The position numbers and the translations under genes are program-made. Shown here piece by piece: positions 17,830 through 26,571 of a DNA stretch of 64,000 bases. Origin of the DNA: Candidatus Versatilivorator sp. (GTDB lineage: Bacteria > Acidobacteriota > Terriglobia > Versatilivoradales > Versatilivoraceae). The notes beneath the pieces are model-generated. The model was not told the DNA's origin and did not search any database. It saw only the letters and a program-made list of their open reading frames with translations. Numbering within the stretch: position 1 is the stretch's first letter; each line of letters begins with the position of its first letter. Location of the stretch: positions 1,664,001-1,728,000 of the forward strand of contig OZ242296.1 in assembly GCA_965207735.1 (NCBI GenBank), written 5' to 3'.

Positions 17830-19062
17830 ATGATTCGACGCGACTTCATGAGGTCTGCCCTGACCCTGGGGGCTGCCTCCGGGGCCGGTCTCTCTCTGGG
17901 CGCGGCGACCGCTGTAGCGGCCAAGAAGACCTCCAAGCCAAAGTATCGGGCCGGCGTTGTCGGCCTGGGATGGACGGGGGTCCTCTACGACGTCGCCAAA
18001 CGGGACGGCTCACACCGCCAGGGCCCCTGGTGGGATCCGGCCTACAAGGTGGAGGACGCCAAGCGCATTACCCCCGAGGTGGACGTCCATCGCCAGTTTC
18101 ACCACCACGATCACCCGGGCAACGAGGGATTGCCCTCTTCCTACGCCGAGGCCCTGTGGGACCGCCCCGAGGTCGAGCTGGTGGCCGGGGCCGAGCGGGA
18201 TGTGAGCCGCCTGAAGATTTTCGGGGATCGCTACGGCATCGAGGCCCTCTATACCGACGCCCTGGAAATGTATGAAAAGGAAGCGCTGGATATCGTGGCC
18301 GTCTGCACCAACACCAAGGGTCGGGCCTTCCTGACGGTCAAGGCCGCCGAGGCCGGAGCCAAGGCCATCTTCACCGAGAAGCCCATGGCCTTCACCCTGG
18401 AGGAGGCGGACCGCATGGTAAAGGTCTGCGCCGACCGGGGCATTCCCCTTTGCTGCGGGGCCATCACCACCACTCATCCCTCTTTCGCCAAGGCCAAGGA
18501 ACTGGTGACCGGCGGCGCCATCGGCGAGGTGAGATCCATCGAAGCCAGAGGCCCCAGCGCCCAGCATCAGAACTGGTCCTACTTTCTGGACAGTCCGCCG
18601 GCCTGGGTGAGCGGCACGGCAGACACGGATCGCCGTCCCGGAGGCAGCACCGAGTTCGGCGGCCAGGGCATGCTGGTGGCGGAGAACGGACAGGTGGTCC
18701 ACTTCCGTAAGGGAGCCCCGGGGGTGCGAATCAGCGGGACCAAGGGCGAAATCCAGTTCAGCTTCCGCCCCGGCTGGCAATTGATGCAAGAAGTGGAGCC
18801 ACCCTCGGGCAGAAAGCAGATGGTGGAGATGCCTTGGCCGGAACCCCGGTTCATTCCTCCTTACGGGGCGGTTTACTGCCTGGACGACCTGATGAGCTGC
18901 CTGGCCGGGGAGATGGATGAACCCAAGAATTCCGGCCGGCGGGTGGCCACTGCCATCGAAGTCGAAATCGGCCTCAAACAGTCCTCTGCCCAGGGCGGCG
19001 CCCGGGTCTCCCTGCCCCTGCAGGATCGGTCCCTGGGCCTGCTTTACGACTGGTTCCGGTAG
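17830..19062 (+). CDS. Tat-exported Gfo/Idh/MocA oxidoreductase, tandem paralog
   Basis: ATG 17830 after AGGAGG; MIRRDFMR; GVVGLGWTG; TEKPM; shares the C-terminus DRSLGLxYDWFR with the upstream gene. Confidence 0.88.
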   Translation: MIRRDFMRSALTLGAASGAGLSLGAATAVAAKKTSKPKYRAGVVGLGWTGVLYDVAKRDGSHRQGPWWDPAYKVEDAKRITPEVDVHRQFHHHDHPGNEGLPSSYAEALWDRPEVELVAGAERDVSRLKIFGDRYGIEALYTDALEMYEKEALDIVAVCTNTKGRAFLTVKAAEAGAKAIFTEKPMAFTLEEADRMVKVCADRGIPLCCGAITTTHPSFAKAKELVTGGAIGEVRSIEARGPSAQHQNWSYFLDSPPAWVSGTADTDRRPGGSTEFGGQGMLVAENGQVVHFRKGAPGVRISGTKGEIQFSFRPGWQLMQEVEPPSGRKQMVEMPWPEPRFIPPYGAVYCLDDLMSCLAGEMDEPKNSGRRVATAIEVEIGLKQSSAQGGARVSLPLQDRSLGLLYDWFR

Positions 19063-19081
19063 AGAAAGGAAGGCCCCGTTC

Positions 19082-19762
19082 ATGACCTCGTCCATTCTGG
19101 AATTTGACAAGCTGAGAGTCGTCGACCTTTCCAAGCCGCTGGACCCCGCCACCGAGAAAAGGCGCTGCAAGCTGCATCGCCATCACACCTTCATCGGCGG
19201 GGTGGACGGATACCATGCCCATATCGACATCACCTCCCACCTGGGCACTCACCTGGAGTTTCCCTACCACTTCAGGGACGAGTGGAAGGACGGCATGAAG
19301 CTTCCGATCGAGCGCTTTCTGGGACGTGGCATCCTGCTGAACCTGGAAACCGCCCGCCCGCGGGAACTGATCCGGACCGAGGACCTGGAGATGGCCGACC
19401 GCGGCCGGGTGCGGCCGGGGGATACGGTTCTGCTGGACTCTCCCTTTCACAGCACCCCTTTCGTCCATTCTCCGGACGATCAGCGGCCCGACATGTCCGA
19501 AGAAGTCGGACACTGGTTCCTGGAAAAGAAGGTCAAGTGCGTGGGCTGGGGTGACGGCATCGCCATCGAGAACCACGTCCAGGGCTGCATCGCCTGCCAT
19601 GAGCTGCTGCTGGGGAATGACATTCTCCTGCTGGAGGTGGTTTGCAACATCGATCAGCTCAGGGAAGAAACCTTCATGATCACCTTCACCCCGTTGCCCA
19701 TTCACGGCCTGGACTCCTGTCCGGTGCGGGTGGTGGCGGTGGAGGGCATTCCAGGAGTCTAA
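19082..19762 (+). CDS. Cyclase family (kynurenine formamidase-like) metal-dependent hydrolase
   Basis: VVDLSKPL, SHLGTHLEFPYHF, VKCVGWG, HELLLGNDILLLE, PLPIHGLDSCPVRVVA. Confidence 0.88.
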   Translation: MTSSILEFDKLRVVDLSKPLDPATEKRRCKLHRHHTFIGGVDGYHAHIDITSHLGTHLEFPYHFRDEWKDGMKLPIERFLGRGILLNLETARPRELIRTEDLEMADRGRVRPGDTVLLDSPFHSTPFVHSPDDQRPDMSEEVGHWFLEKKVKCVGWGDGIAIENHVQGCIACHELLLGNDILLLEVVCNIDQLREETFMITFTPLPIHGLDSCPVRVVAVEGIPGV

Positions 19763-19823
19763 CCCCGCAAGCCGGCCCCACCGCGACCGAGTCGTCGAAT
19801 CCACCTGACGGAGGCAAATAGCC

Positions 19824-21515
19824 ATGCTGGGACTCCAGGCTCTGGACTGGGCCATTCTGATCGTCTACATCTGTATCGTGGCCTACCTGGGGCTCTTCCT
19901 GGGAGCCAGGAAGACCCGCTCCCTGGGTGATTTCTTCATCGCCGGGGGGAGCTGGGGAAAGCTGCCGGCCTTCCTCTTCAATTTCAGCTCGGCTCTGGCC
20001 GGGGCCGAAGCCGTGGTGGTCAGCGCCGCCGCCTACCGAAGCGGGCTTTCCGGCATCTGGCTGTGGTGGTCCCAATTGCTGGCCACCCCCATGTACTATC
20101 TCTTCTCCGTGGTCTACAAGCGGGCCCGCGTCTTCAACATGGCCGAATTCTTCGAGCTGCGCTTCGGTCCCGGCGTGGCCACCCTCTATTCGGTCCTGGG
20201 GCTGCTCATCTCGGTCAACTTCATCGGGATCTTCATCACCGGCGGAGGAAAGGTCCTGGCGGCCACCACCACTCTCTCGGTGGACTCGGCCGTGCTGATC
20301 TGCTGCACCCTGGTAGCCCTGTACGTGGCCACCGGCGGCGCCATGTCTTCCCTGCTCACCGATCTCTTCCAGGGCATCCTCTGCCTGGTAGTGCTGAGCT
20401 TCGGCCTGCTCCCCTTTCTCTGGAAGGCCGCCGGCGGCTACGAGGCCCTGGCGGCTCTGCCCGAGTCGACCTGGTCGCTGCAGTCGGTGGAGATCCCCTG
20501 GACCTATGTGATCGCCCTGCTATTTTCCGGCGCGGTGGGCTCTGTGGTGTCGCCCAACATCCTGACCTGGATCGCCATCGCCCGCGACGAGAGGACCGGC
20601 ACCCAGTGCGGTTGGGCTCACGTCTGGAAGCGGCTCATCACCATTCTCTTCGCCCTTTACGGGATTCTCTTCGCCATCTACTACCCCGGCCTGGAAGACC
20701 CGGAGCTGGCCTGGGGAACGCTGATGAAGTCGCTGCTGCCGGCCGGAGTGCTGGGACTGCTGGTAGCCAGCTTCGCTGCAGCCCTGATGTCTTCGGTGGA
20801 CACCTTCGCCACCACCACCTCGGGGCTGATGGTCGACTACCTCTACCGCAAGCGGCTCTTCCGCGACCGCTCGCCGCGCTTCTACATCACCCATGCCCGG
20901 ATCTGGGGGTTCATCGCCGTCTTTCTGGGGTACGTCACCACCCGATTTCTGGAAAATATCATTCAATACATCGAGTTGGGCTGGTCGCTGATTTCCTTCA
21001 TCTCGGTTCCTCTCTATTTCGGCCTGGTCTGGAGACGGGCCAATCGCCAAGCGCTCTGGGCCGGAGTGACGACCGGCGCCCTGCTGTTCCTTATCCTCAA
21101 AGTGTGGCTGCAAGCCTCTTTCGAATACACCGTCTTCATTCCCACGCTTTCCTGCGCCCTGGTGACCTGGCTGGTCAGCCTTCGGACACCTCCCGAAGAT
21201 GAAACCCTGCTCAACCGCTTTTATGCCATCCTCAGCACGCCGGTGGGCCAGGATGAGAAGCTGCTCGAGGCCGGCATTCAACTACCCGCCATGGCCGGGA
21301 CCGATGCCATCCCGCCGCCGGCGCCAGACCCGGAGAAGATCCATGCGCTTTACCGCTTCTACGCCCGGGACAAGATCTACGGCCCCTCCAGCGCCATCGA
21401 GTTGCGGCGGGAAGCAGGGCTTCAGTGGTTCTACAGGGGGTTCGTGTCCATCACGCTCTGGTGCCTGGGCCTGATCGGGGCGGCTTTGGCCTTCTCCTGG
21501 TGGATGCAGTCCTGA
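19824..21515 (+). CDS. Sodium:solute symporter (SSS) family transporter
   Basis: LDWAILIVY, DFFIAGG, EFFELRFG, TDLFQG, LLVASFAAALMSSVD; many transmembrane segments. Confidence 0.92.
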   Translation: MLGLQALDWAILIVYICIVAYLGLFLGARKTRSLGDFFIAGGSWGKLPAFLFNFSSALAGAEAVVVSAAAYRSGLSGIWLWWSQLLATPMYYLFSVVYKRARVFNMAEFFELRFGPGVATLYSVLGLLISVNFIGIFITGGGKVLAATTTLSVDSAVLICCTLVALYVATGGAMSSLLTDLFQGILCLVVLSFGLLPFLWKAAGGYEALAALPESTWSLQSVEIPWTYVIALLFSGAVGSVVSPNILTWIAIARDERTGTQCGWAHVWKRLITILFALYGILFAIYYPGLEDPELAWGTLMKSLLPAGVLGLLVASFAAALMSSVDTFATTTSGLMVDYLYRKRLFRDRSPRFYITHARIWGFIAVFLGYVTTRFLENIIQYIELGWSLISFISVPLYFGLVWRRANRQALWAGVTTGALLFLILKVWLQASFEYTVFIPTLSCALVTWLVSLRTPPEDETLLNRFYAILSTPVGQDEKLLEAGIQLPAMAGTDAIPPPAPDPEKIHALYRFYARDKIYGPSSAIELRREAGLQWFYRGFVSITLWCLGLIGAALAFSWWMQS

Positions 21516-21520
21516 CTTAC

Positions 21521-21728
21521 CTGAAACAAACGAAAAAAGACAAAAGAAAAAGAGTGATCCACGAAGGGGCACGAAGAACGACGAAGGGACACTAAGGCGT
21601 TGAGGCTGGCCGCGACGGGGTACCAAGTTCGCGAAGGGTTGATCGATTTCTGATTGTTTCACTCTATGCATGAACCGCACACCAGGGCGGGGGCCCGGCT
21701 TATCTGAAACAACCGAAAAAAGACAAAA
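21521..21728. repeat. ~183-bp direct-repeat unit plus the start of a second unit interrupted by the IS
   Basis: CTGAAACAA.CGAAAAAAGACAAAA starts at 21521 and at 21704. The second unit resumes at 23216, after the IS. Confidence 0.85.
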
Positions 21729-23215
21729 GAGCCTTTTGCAAAATTCGGAATCGGGCATGACATTGGGCTGGCAACAGTGATGTTCCGGCGGTGACTACCC
21801 AGCTGCAAAGACCCTTTTGAAGGAAAAAGCCCGAATCTGATGGCCGGATGGCCAGCGGTCGCCGGACGCAGGCACAGCTTACCCTCTCCCGGCCTTGAGG
21901 CGGGCGAACCTGCTGTGCGGTTGGGGGTGGCAACCCGGTCTTCAGAGCGTCAGGCGCATCAACTGATCCACCGTCAGGGCCAGAATGCCGAACATCAGGT
22001 GGCACCTCACCTTGTCGGGGCCGCGAACCCTCACCTGCCTCCCGCCAAACTCCTCCTTGAGCCGTCCGTTGACCCGCTCCACCGTCGAGCGTTCCCGGTA
22101 GCGCCGCGCCTCGGGAGTCACTTGGCCGATACAGCGCCGGGCCAGTGCCTCCCGCTTCCGCTCGGCTTTCAAGGTAGCTCTTCGGCGGGGGTTGACGTCA
22201 ATAATCGGCACATGCCCCAGCTTCTCACTGAAGGCCCGGATCTCCGGCGCATCGTAGGCGCTGTCCATCAAGTCGTAGAGACTCTCGACCCGCCTTGCCG
22301 TCAGCGTCGCCAGCGGAATGGCTGCCTGAGAGTCATGCACCGAGGCCGAGGTCAGCAGACAACTGACCGGAATCCCGCCGTCAATGGCGTCGAGGTGTAG
22401 CTTGTAGCCGGTCCAGCTCTCCTGATGCCCCTTGGCGTTGCGCTTGACGCCGATGTCGCAGGCCTTGGGCAACTCCTTCAACATTTCCTCCAGCGTCATC
22501 GACCCCTGCCGCTCCAGCCGGCTCAACCGCTTGGGCCGTCGCTCGCCCTTCGGCGGCCGGCCCCGCCGGCGTTTCCGCTTGGCCTCCGGCGCAGCCTTGG
22601 CCGCTGGCTTTTCCCGTCCCGCAATCGCCGTCGAGTCCCTCGACACATGCCCCGCCAAGTGGCCCTTCAGCGTCTCCTCCAGCAATGCCTCGTGCAAACG
22701 CCCCGGCAGGTCGCTCTCAGCGAATTCCGCAAAGGCCCGCGAGAAGGTCGACTCGCTCGGTACCTCCCACGCCCTCTCCCAGCCGCACAGCCGCCGCAGC
22801 CTCCCCTCACTCCTCAGCCGCTCCACCAATCCCCGCGTGGTCGCCACCTCCAGCATCGACTTCGCCAGATAGGCTCGCGCCAGCACTGCCCGATCCTCCA
22901 GCGGCCGGCCACGCCAGCCCCGACTGTAAGGCAGCAACTCCTCCACCCGCACCAACTCCAATACCTGCACCAGCCGCTGGTAACGCTCTCCCAGAGGCCC
23001 CAAAACTTCCTCCAGCAGGGGAAACAGCTCTCGTTGAAACCGGAACCAGTGTCGTGATAGGGTTTCCCTAAGGGGCAAGTTCCACCTCCGTTCATCATGT
23101 GGTTCAGACACCTTCATGATACAACAGACAGTGGTCTTGCCCCTCCTTCCACCTGCCCTCCTTGATCTTTCCCCACGTGAAAATTCCCGCTATCTGCGAA
23201 TTTTGCAAAAGGCTC
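21729..23215 (-). mobile_element. 1487-bp insertion sequence (IS5/IS1182-like DDE), copy 1
   Basis: 19-bp perfect terminal IR GAGCCTTTTGCAAAATTCG; 4-bp target duplication AAAA; same length as copy 2 and apparently the same sequence. Confidence 0.95.
21942..23117 (-). CDS. DDE transposase
   Basis: VPSESTFSRAF, SRDSTAI, GYKLHLD, SASVHDSQ, DSAYD, YRERSTVERVNGRLK. Confidence 0.95.
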   Translation of the reverse strand: MKVSEPHDERRWNLPLRETLSRHWFRFQRELFPLLEEVLGPLGERYQRLVQVLELVRVEELLPYSRGWRGRPLEDRAVLARAYLAKSMLEVATTRGLVERLRSEGRLRRLCGWERAWEVPSESTFSRAFAEFAESDLPGRLHEALLEETLKGHLAGHVSRDSTAIAGREKPAAKAAPEAKRKRRRGRPPKGERRPKRLSRLERQGSMTLEEMLKELPKACDIGVKRNAKGHQESWTGYKLHLDAIDGGIPVSCLLTSASVHDSQAAIPLATLTARRVESLYDLMDSAYDAPEIRAFSEKLGHVPIIDVNPRRRATLKAERKREALARRCIGQVTPEARRYRERSTVERVNGRLKEEFGGRQVRVRGPDKVRCHLMFGILALTVDQLMRLTL

Positions 23216-23322
23216 AAAAGAATAAGACTTATCCAGGAAGGGGCACGAAGAACGACGAAGGGCCACCAAGGCGCTGGAGAAGGCTCAAGAGGGATGGGGC
23301 GAAGGTCGGCAAGGGGGTCAAC
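23216..23322. repeat. Continuation of the IS-interrupted repeat unit
   Basis: ATCCAGGAAGGGGCACGAAGAACGACGAAGGGCCACCAAGGCG matches the units at 21521 and 23694; the distal part matches 14076-14169. Confidence 0.8.
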
Positions 23323-23428
23323 GGAGGACACAAGGGACAAAGAGGATTTGTCCGCGAAGAAGCAACAAGGACTGCGGCGGAGCCAGTGGGGGGCGCTTCC
23401 GATCCCATCGTGATTTACAGGGATGATT

Positions 23429-23581
23429 AACATCGATGCACAGGATTCACAGGATTCTTCAGGAAACGGCCAGCTTCTAATGCCGGGAATCCGCAAAGCC
23501 GCACCGGATCATCGCCCGAGTTGGCTTCTGGTGCAGGAAGCTCTCGTCCTGTTAATCCTGTTAATCCTGTGCATCGATGTT
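23429..23581. repeat. 153-bp inverted-repeat element (MITE-like) with 9-bp subunit arms
   Basis: AACATCGATGCACAGGATTCACAGGATT ... AATCCTGTTAATCCTGTGCATCGATGTT (28-bp arms, 1 mismatch). Confidence 0.85.
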
Positions 23582-23644
23582 CAATAGGTAGAAATCCATG
23601 CTAATCGAACAGGGTCCTTGTTCCCAACCGGCTGTGAAGATTCG

Positions 23645-23860
23645 TTGTTTCACTCTCGTATGATCCGCACGGCAGGGCGGGGGCCCGGCTTGTCTGAAAC
23701 AACCGAAAAAAGACAAAAGACTTATCCACGAAGGGGCACGAAGAACGACGAAGGGGCACTAAGGCGCTGAGGTTGGCCGCGACGGGGTACCAAGTTCGCG
23801 AAGGGATTGTCGAATTCCGATTGTTTGACTCTCGAATGATCCGCACGGCAGGGCGGGGGC
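23645..23860. repeat. Tail of one unit plus a near-full unit of the ~183-bp repeat
   Basis: TTGTTT.ACTCT...ATGA.CCGCAC..CAGGGCGGGGGC occurs twice; the unit from 23694 matches 21521-21703. Confidence 0.85.
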
Positions 23861-23884
23861 GACACTTGTTAGCAATTGATAATC

Positions 23885-24000
23885 CCCGGGCGAACGCCCG
23901 GGCTACCAATCGAGCCGCGGAGCGGCGGCAGCAGGTAGCCGTGGGCGTGAGCCCATGGAAAGGGGTAGCTCCACGTCGAGCCGCGAAGGCGGCGACAGCA
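23885..24000. repeat. REP/BIME-like cluster (two GTAG-hairpins in inverted orientation)
   Basis: CCCGGGCGAACGCCCGGG-CTAC ... GTAG-CCGTGGGCGTGAGCCCATGG, with AGCCGCG..GCGGCG spacer hairpins. Confidence 0.75.
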
Positions 24001-24037
24001 GTGGGCCGAAAGCGCGAGGCCCCGGAGGCCGGCTCTC

Positions 24038-24080
24038 CTGAAACAAAAGAAAAAAAGTGATCCACGAAGGGCCACCAAGC
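24038..24080. repeat. Partial head of the ~183-bp repeat unit
   Basis: CTGAAACAAAAGAAAAAAAGTGATCCACGAAGGGCCACCAAG. Confidence 0.7.
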
Positions 24081-24165
24081 GGGACGGCTCTGCCGCATCG
24101 CCACGGGCTGCGGCCCGGCAAGCCGGCGCGTGCACCCTTCAGGAGCAAGAGTGATGGGAGGACGA

Positions 24166-24378
24166 CCCACCCGGGAGCGCGGGCGTCCCGCCCGCATGCT
24201 ATCCCGTTGGGTGCCGCTCAGTTTCCCCGCGATGCGGCACCCGGCCACCCTGCCGGCGGGAACGGCATAGTCCCGGCCGAAGCAGAGTCCGGGCGTCTTT
24301 GCCAATCGAGCGGGCGGAGGAGATGGCCGAGGCTCTGCCAAGAATTGTGCGGGCGGGACGCCCGCGCTCCCGGGTGGG
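24166..24378. repeat. 213-bp element with 31-bp perfect inverted repeats (REPIN/MITE-like)
   Basis: CCCACCCGGGAGCGCGGGCGTCCCGCCCGCA at 24166-24196, and its exact reverse complement at 24348-24378. Confidence 0.9.
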
Positions 24379-24387
24379 ATTCATCCC

Positions 24388-25893
24388 ATGGCAACAATCG
24401 ACTGGTTGATCCTGGCGGCATACCTGGTGCTGATCATCTTCATGGGGGGCTGGTTTGCACGCCGCCAGACCAGCACCGAGGCCTTTTTCCTGGGAGGGCG
24501 CTCCGTCCCCTGGTGGGCGGTGGGCTTCTCCTTTTTCGGCTCCTCCATCAGCACCGGGACCTTTCTGGCCTTTCCGGGTCAGGGGTACGGGGGCGACTGG
24601 ATTCCCCACCTCTCCCACCTGATTTTCCCCGTCATTGCTGTTCTGGCCGCCTGCTGGGTGATTCCCTACTACCGGCAGAGAGTCCGCATGAGCGCCTATG
24701 AATTTCTGGAAGAGCGCTTCGGATACGGCACCCGCTGCTATGCCTCGTTGATCTACGTCATTTACCACCTTTTCCGCAATGGAATGATCCTGTTTTTAAT
24801 GGCCAAGGCGCTCAACGCCATGACGGGATGGGACGCGGTGGCCATTCTGATTGTGTGCGGTATCCTTGCCCTCCTCTACACCATGCTGGGAGGCCTGGAG
24901 GCGGTGATCTGGACCGACGTGCTGCAATCGGTCACCCTGTTCGGCGGGGGGCTGTTCTGTCTCTGGTTTCTGACCCTTGGCTCGGACGGAGGCGCCTTTC
25001 ACCTGTTCCAGGTCGCCGGGGAGGCCGACAAGTTCAAGCTGGTGGATTGGTCCCTGGACCTGTCCCACCCATCCATCGTGGTGATCGTTCTCTACGGACT
25101 CTTCCATCACGGCACCTATTACACCACCAGCCAGGACGTGGCCCAGCGCTACCTGGCCGCCTCCAGCACCCGCTCCTCTCAAAAGGCCCTCCTGTGCGGC
25201 GGGCTCAGCATCGTGACCACCTGGACCCTCTTCCTGCTGATCGGCTCTCTTCTATATGCCTACTATCAGATTCACCCCGGCCAGCTGCCGGCCGAAATCG
25301 CATCCAAGGAGACCCAGATCTTCCCCTTCTTCGTGATGAACACGATTCCCCCCGGAATCACCGGACTGATCCTGGCCGGCATGTGCGCGGCCGCCATGTC
25401 CAGCCTGGACACCACCATCAACAGCCTGGCCATGATCACCGTTCGGGACTTCTACCTTCACTTCCGTCCCCGAGCCAGCGACCACCGCCAGCTTATGCTG
25501 GGGCGGATCGCTTCCGGCTTTTGGGGTGTTCTGGGAATAGGCTCGGGGTTGTTGATGCTGGCCGGCGTGGAGAGGGCCTACTACTTCGGCGCCACCGTGA
25601 GCTCGTTCATCGGAGGAGGTATTCTGGGACTCTTCCTGCTGGGGATGTTCGTCCGGAGAGCCCATACCCGCGGCGTCTGGGTGGGGGTGATTACCGGAAT
25701 AGCGATTTCGGTTTGGGGGGGAGCGGACACAATCCTGGAGATGCTGGGCGCCTCGCCCGGGCTCATCGACAGCCTGCGCTTTCCCTGGCACCCCTGGATG
25801 ATCATGGGCCTGGGAAACATCGCCTCCTTCACCGTGGGCTGGCTGGCCAGCGTGGTGCTGCCCGACGGGAGGAGCGACAGCGCCAACTCATGA
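24388..25893 (+). CDS. Sodium:solute symporter (SSS) family transporter
   Basis: IDWLILAAY, FFLGGRSVPWWAVG, SAYEFLEERFG, GGLEAVIWTDVLQ, SQDVAQRYLA, AAMSSLD. Confidence 0.93.
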   Translation: MATIDWLILAAYLVLIIFMGGWFARRQTSTEAFFLGGRSVPWWAVGFSFFGSSISTGTFLAFPGQGYGGDWIPHLSHLIFPVIAVLAACWVIPYYRQRVRMSAYEFLEERFGYGTRCYASLIYVIYHLFRNGMILFLMAKALNAMTGWDAVAILIVCGILALLYTMLGGLEAVIWTDVLQSVTLFGGGLFCLWFLTLGSDGGAFHLFQVAGEADKFKLVDWSLDLSHPSIVVIVLYGLFHHGTYYTTSQDVAQRYLAASSTRSSQKALLCGGLSIVTTWTLFLLIGSLLYAYYQIHPGQLPAEIASKETQIFPFFVMNTIPPGITGLILAGMCAAAMSSLDTTINSLAMITVRDFYLHFRPRASDHRQLMLGRIASGFWGVLGIGSGLLMLAGVERAYYFGATVSSFIGGGILGLFLLGMFVRRAHTRGVWVGVITGIAISVWGGADTILEMLGASPGLIDSLRFPWHPWMIMGLGNIASFTVGWLASVVLPDGRSDSANS

Positions 25894-25921
25894 GGCAGTG
25901 CGGCGGACGACTTCAAATGAA

Positions 25922-26041
25922 AACCCCCAGGCGGAAGCCCGGGGGTTCGAGTAAGCCGCGAATGCGGCGGTAGCATTTAGCCGTGGGCGTAAGCCCATGG
26001 AAAGGTCGGCGTTGGAGTTGAGCCGCGAAGGCGGCGGCAGC
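25922..26041. repeat. Second REP/BIME-like cluster, between convergent genes
   Basis: AACCCCCAGGCGGAAGCCCGGGGGTT hairpin, then AGCCGCG..GCGGCGG..TTAGCCGTGGGCGTAAGCCCATGGAAAGG..GAGCCGCGAAGGCGGCG; homologous to 23913-24000. Confidence 0.75.
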
Positions 26042-26078
26042 GGAACTCCGACTCTCCGCCGACCTGCGGGACGGGCGC

Positions 26079-26501
26079 TTACGGATTGGTCGGCGCGGTG
26101 CAGACCAGGATTTCCATGGTTTCGTCGCCGGTGTTGTCCACGGCGTGCTCGCACCAGGCGGGAAGGTGGACAAACACCCCCGGCTTTACCGGCACCCTCC
26201 GGCCCGCCAGGATCATGTCGCCATTGCCCCGCAGGACCAGGTAGCACTCCTCGGTATAGTGACTGGCCGTCTCTGAGGTCACATGGGGCGGCAGATAGTA
26301 CATGGTCAACCCGAAGTTCTTGGAAGGGGCCTTGGGGTTGGTGGGATGCAGGACCCGCACCCCGATCCCTTCGCTGCCGGGGAACTTGAGCGGCAACCCG
26401 TCCTGAACCGTCACCACGTTTGGCTGCGCCGGTTCCGCCGGCTTGGGAATCGACGGTTCCTCACCACTTTGATAGCCCTTGTAATGGGTAATCTCTGCCA
26501 C
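26079..26501 (-). CDS. Cupin domain protein
   Basis: SHYTEECYLVLRGNG and VKPGVFVHLPAWCEHAVDNTG (the two cupin motifs). Confidence 0.88.
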   Translation of the reverse strand: MAEITHYKGYQSGEEPSIPKPAEPAQPNVVTVQDGLPLKFPGSEGIGVRVLHPTNPKAPSKNFGLTMYYLPPHVTSETASHYTEECYLVLRGNGDMILAGRRVPVKPGVFVHLPAWCEHAVDNTGDETMEILVCTAPTNP

Positions 26502-26571
26502 TTGAACACCTCGTTTCTATTCGGGGGTAACCCCGGAATGTCAGCTCTCCACCACCCGCCAGCCATTGTCA

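Noticed and set aside
21521-24080. CRISPR array
   Set aside because: Units are ~183 bp, degenerate and irregularly spaced, with no unique constant-length spacers and no cas genes.
23104-24421. Short ORFs across the repeat cluster (e.g. 23601..24341, 24057..24701)
   Set aside because: They are translations of repeats and palindromes (GARASRP, FVVLRAPSW), with no coding signal.
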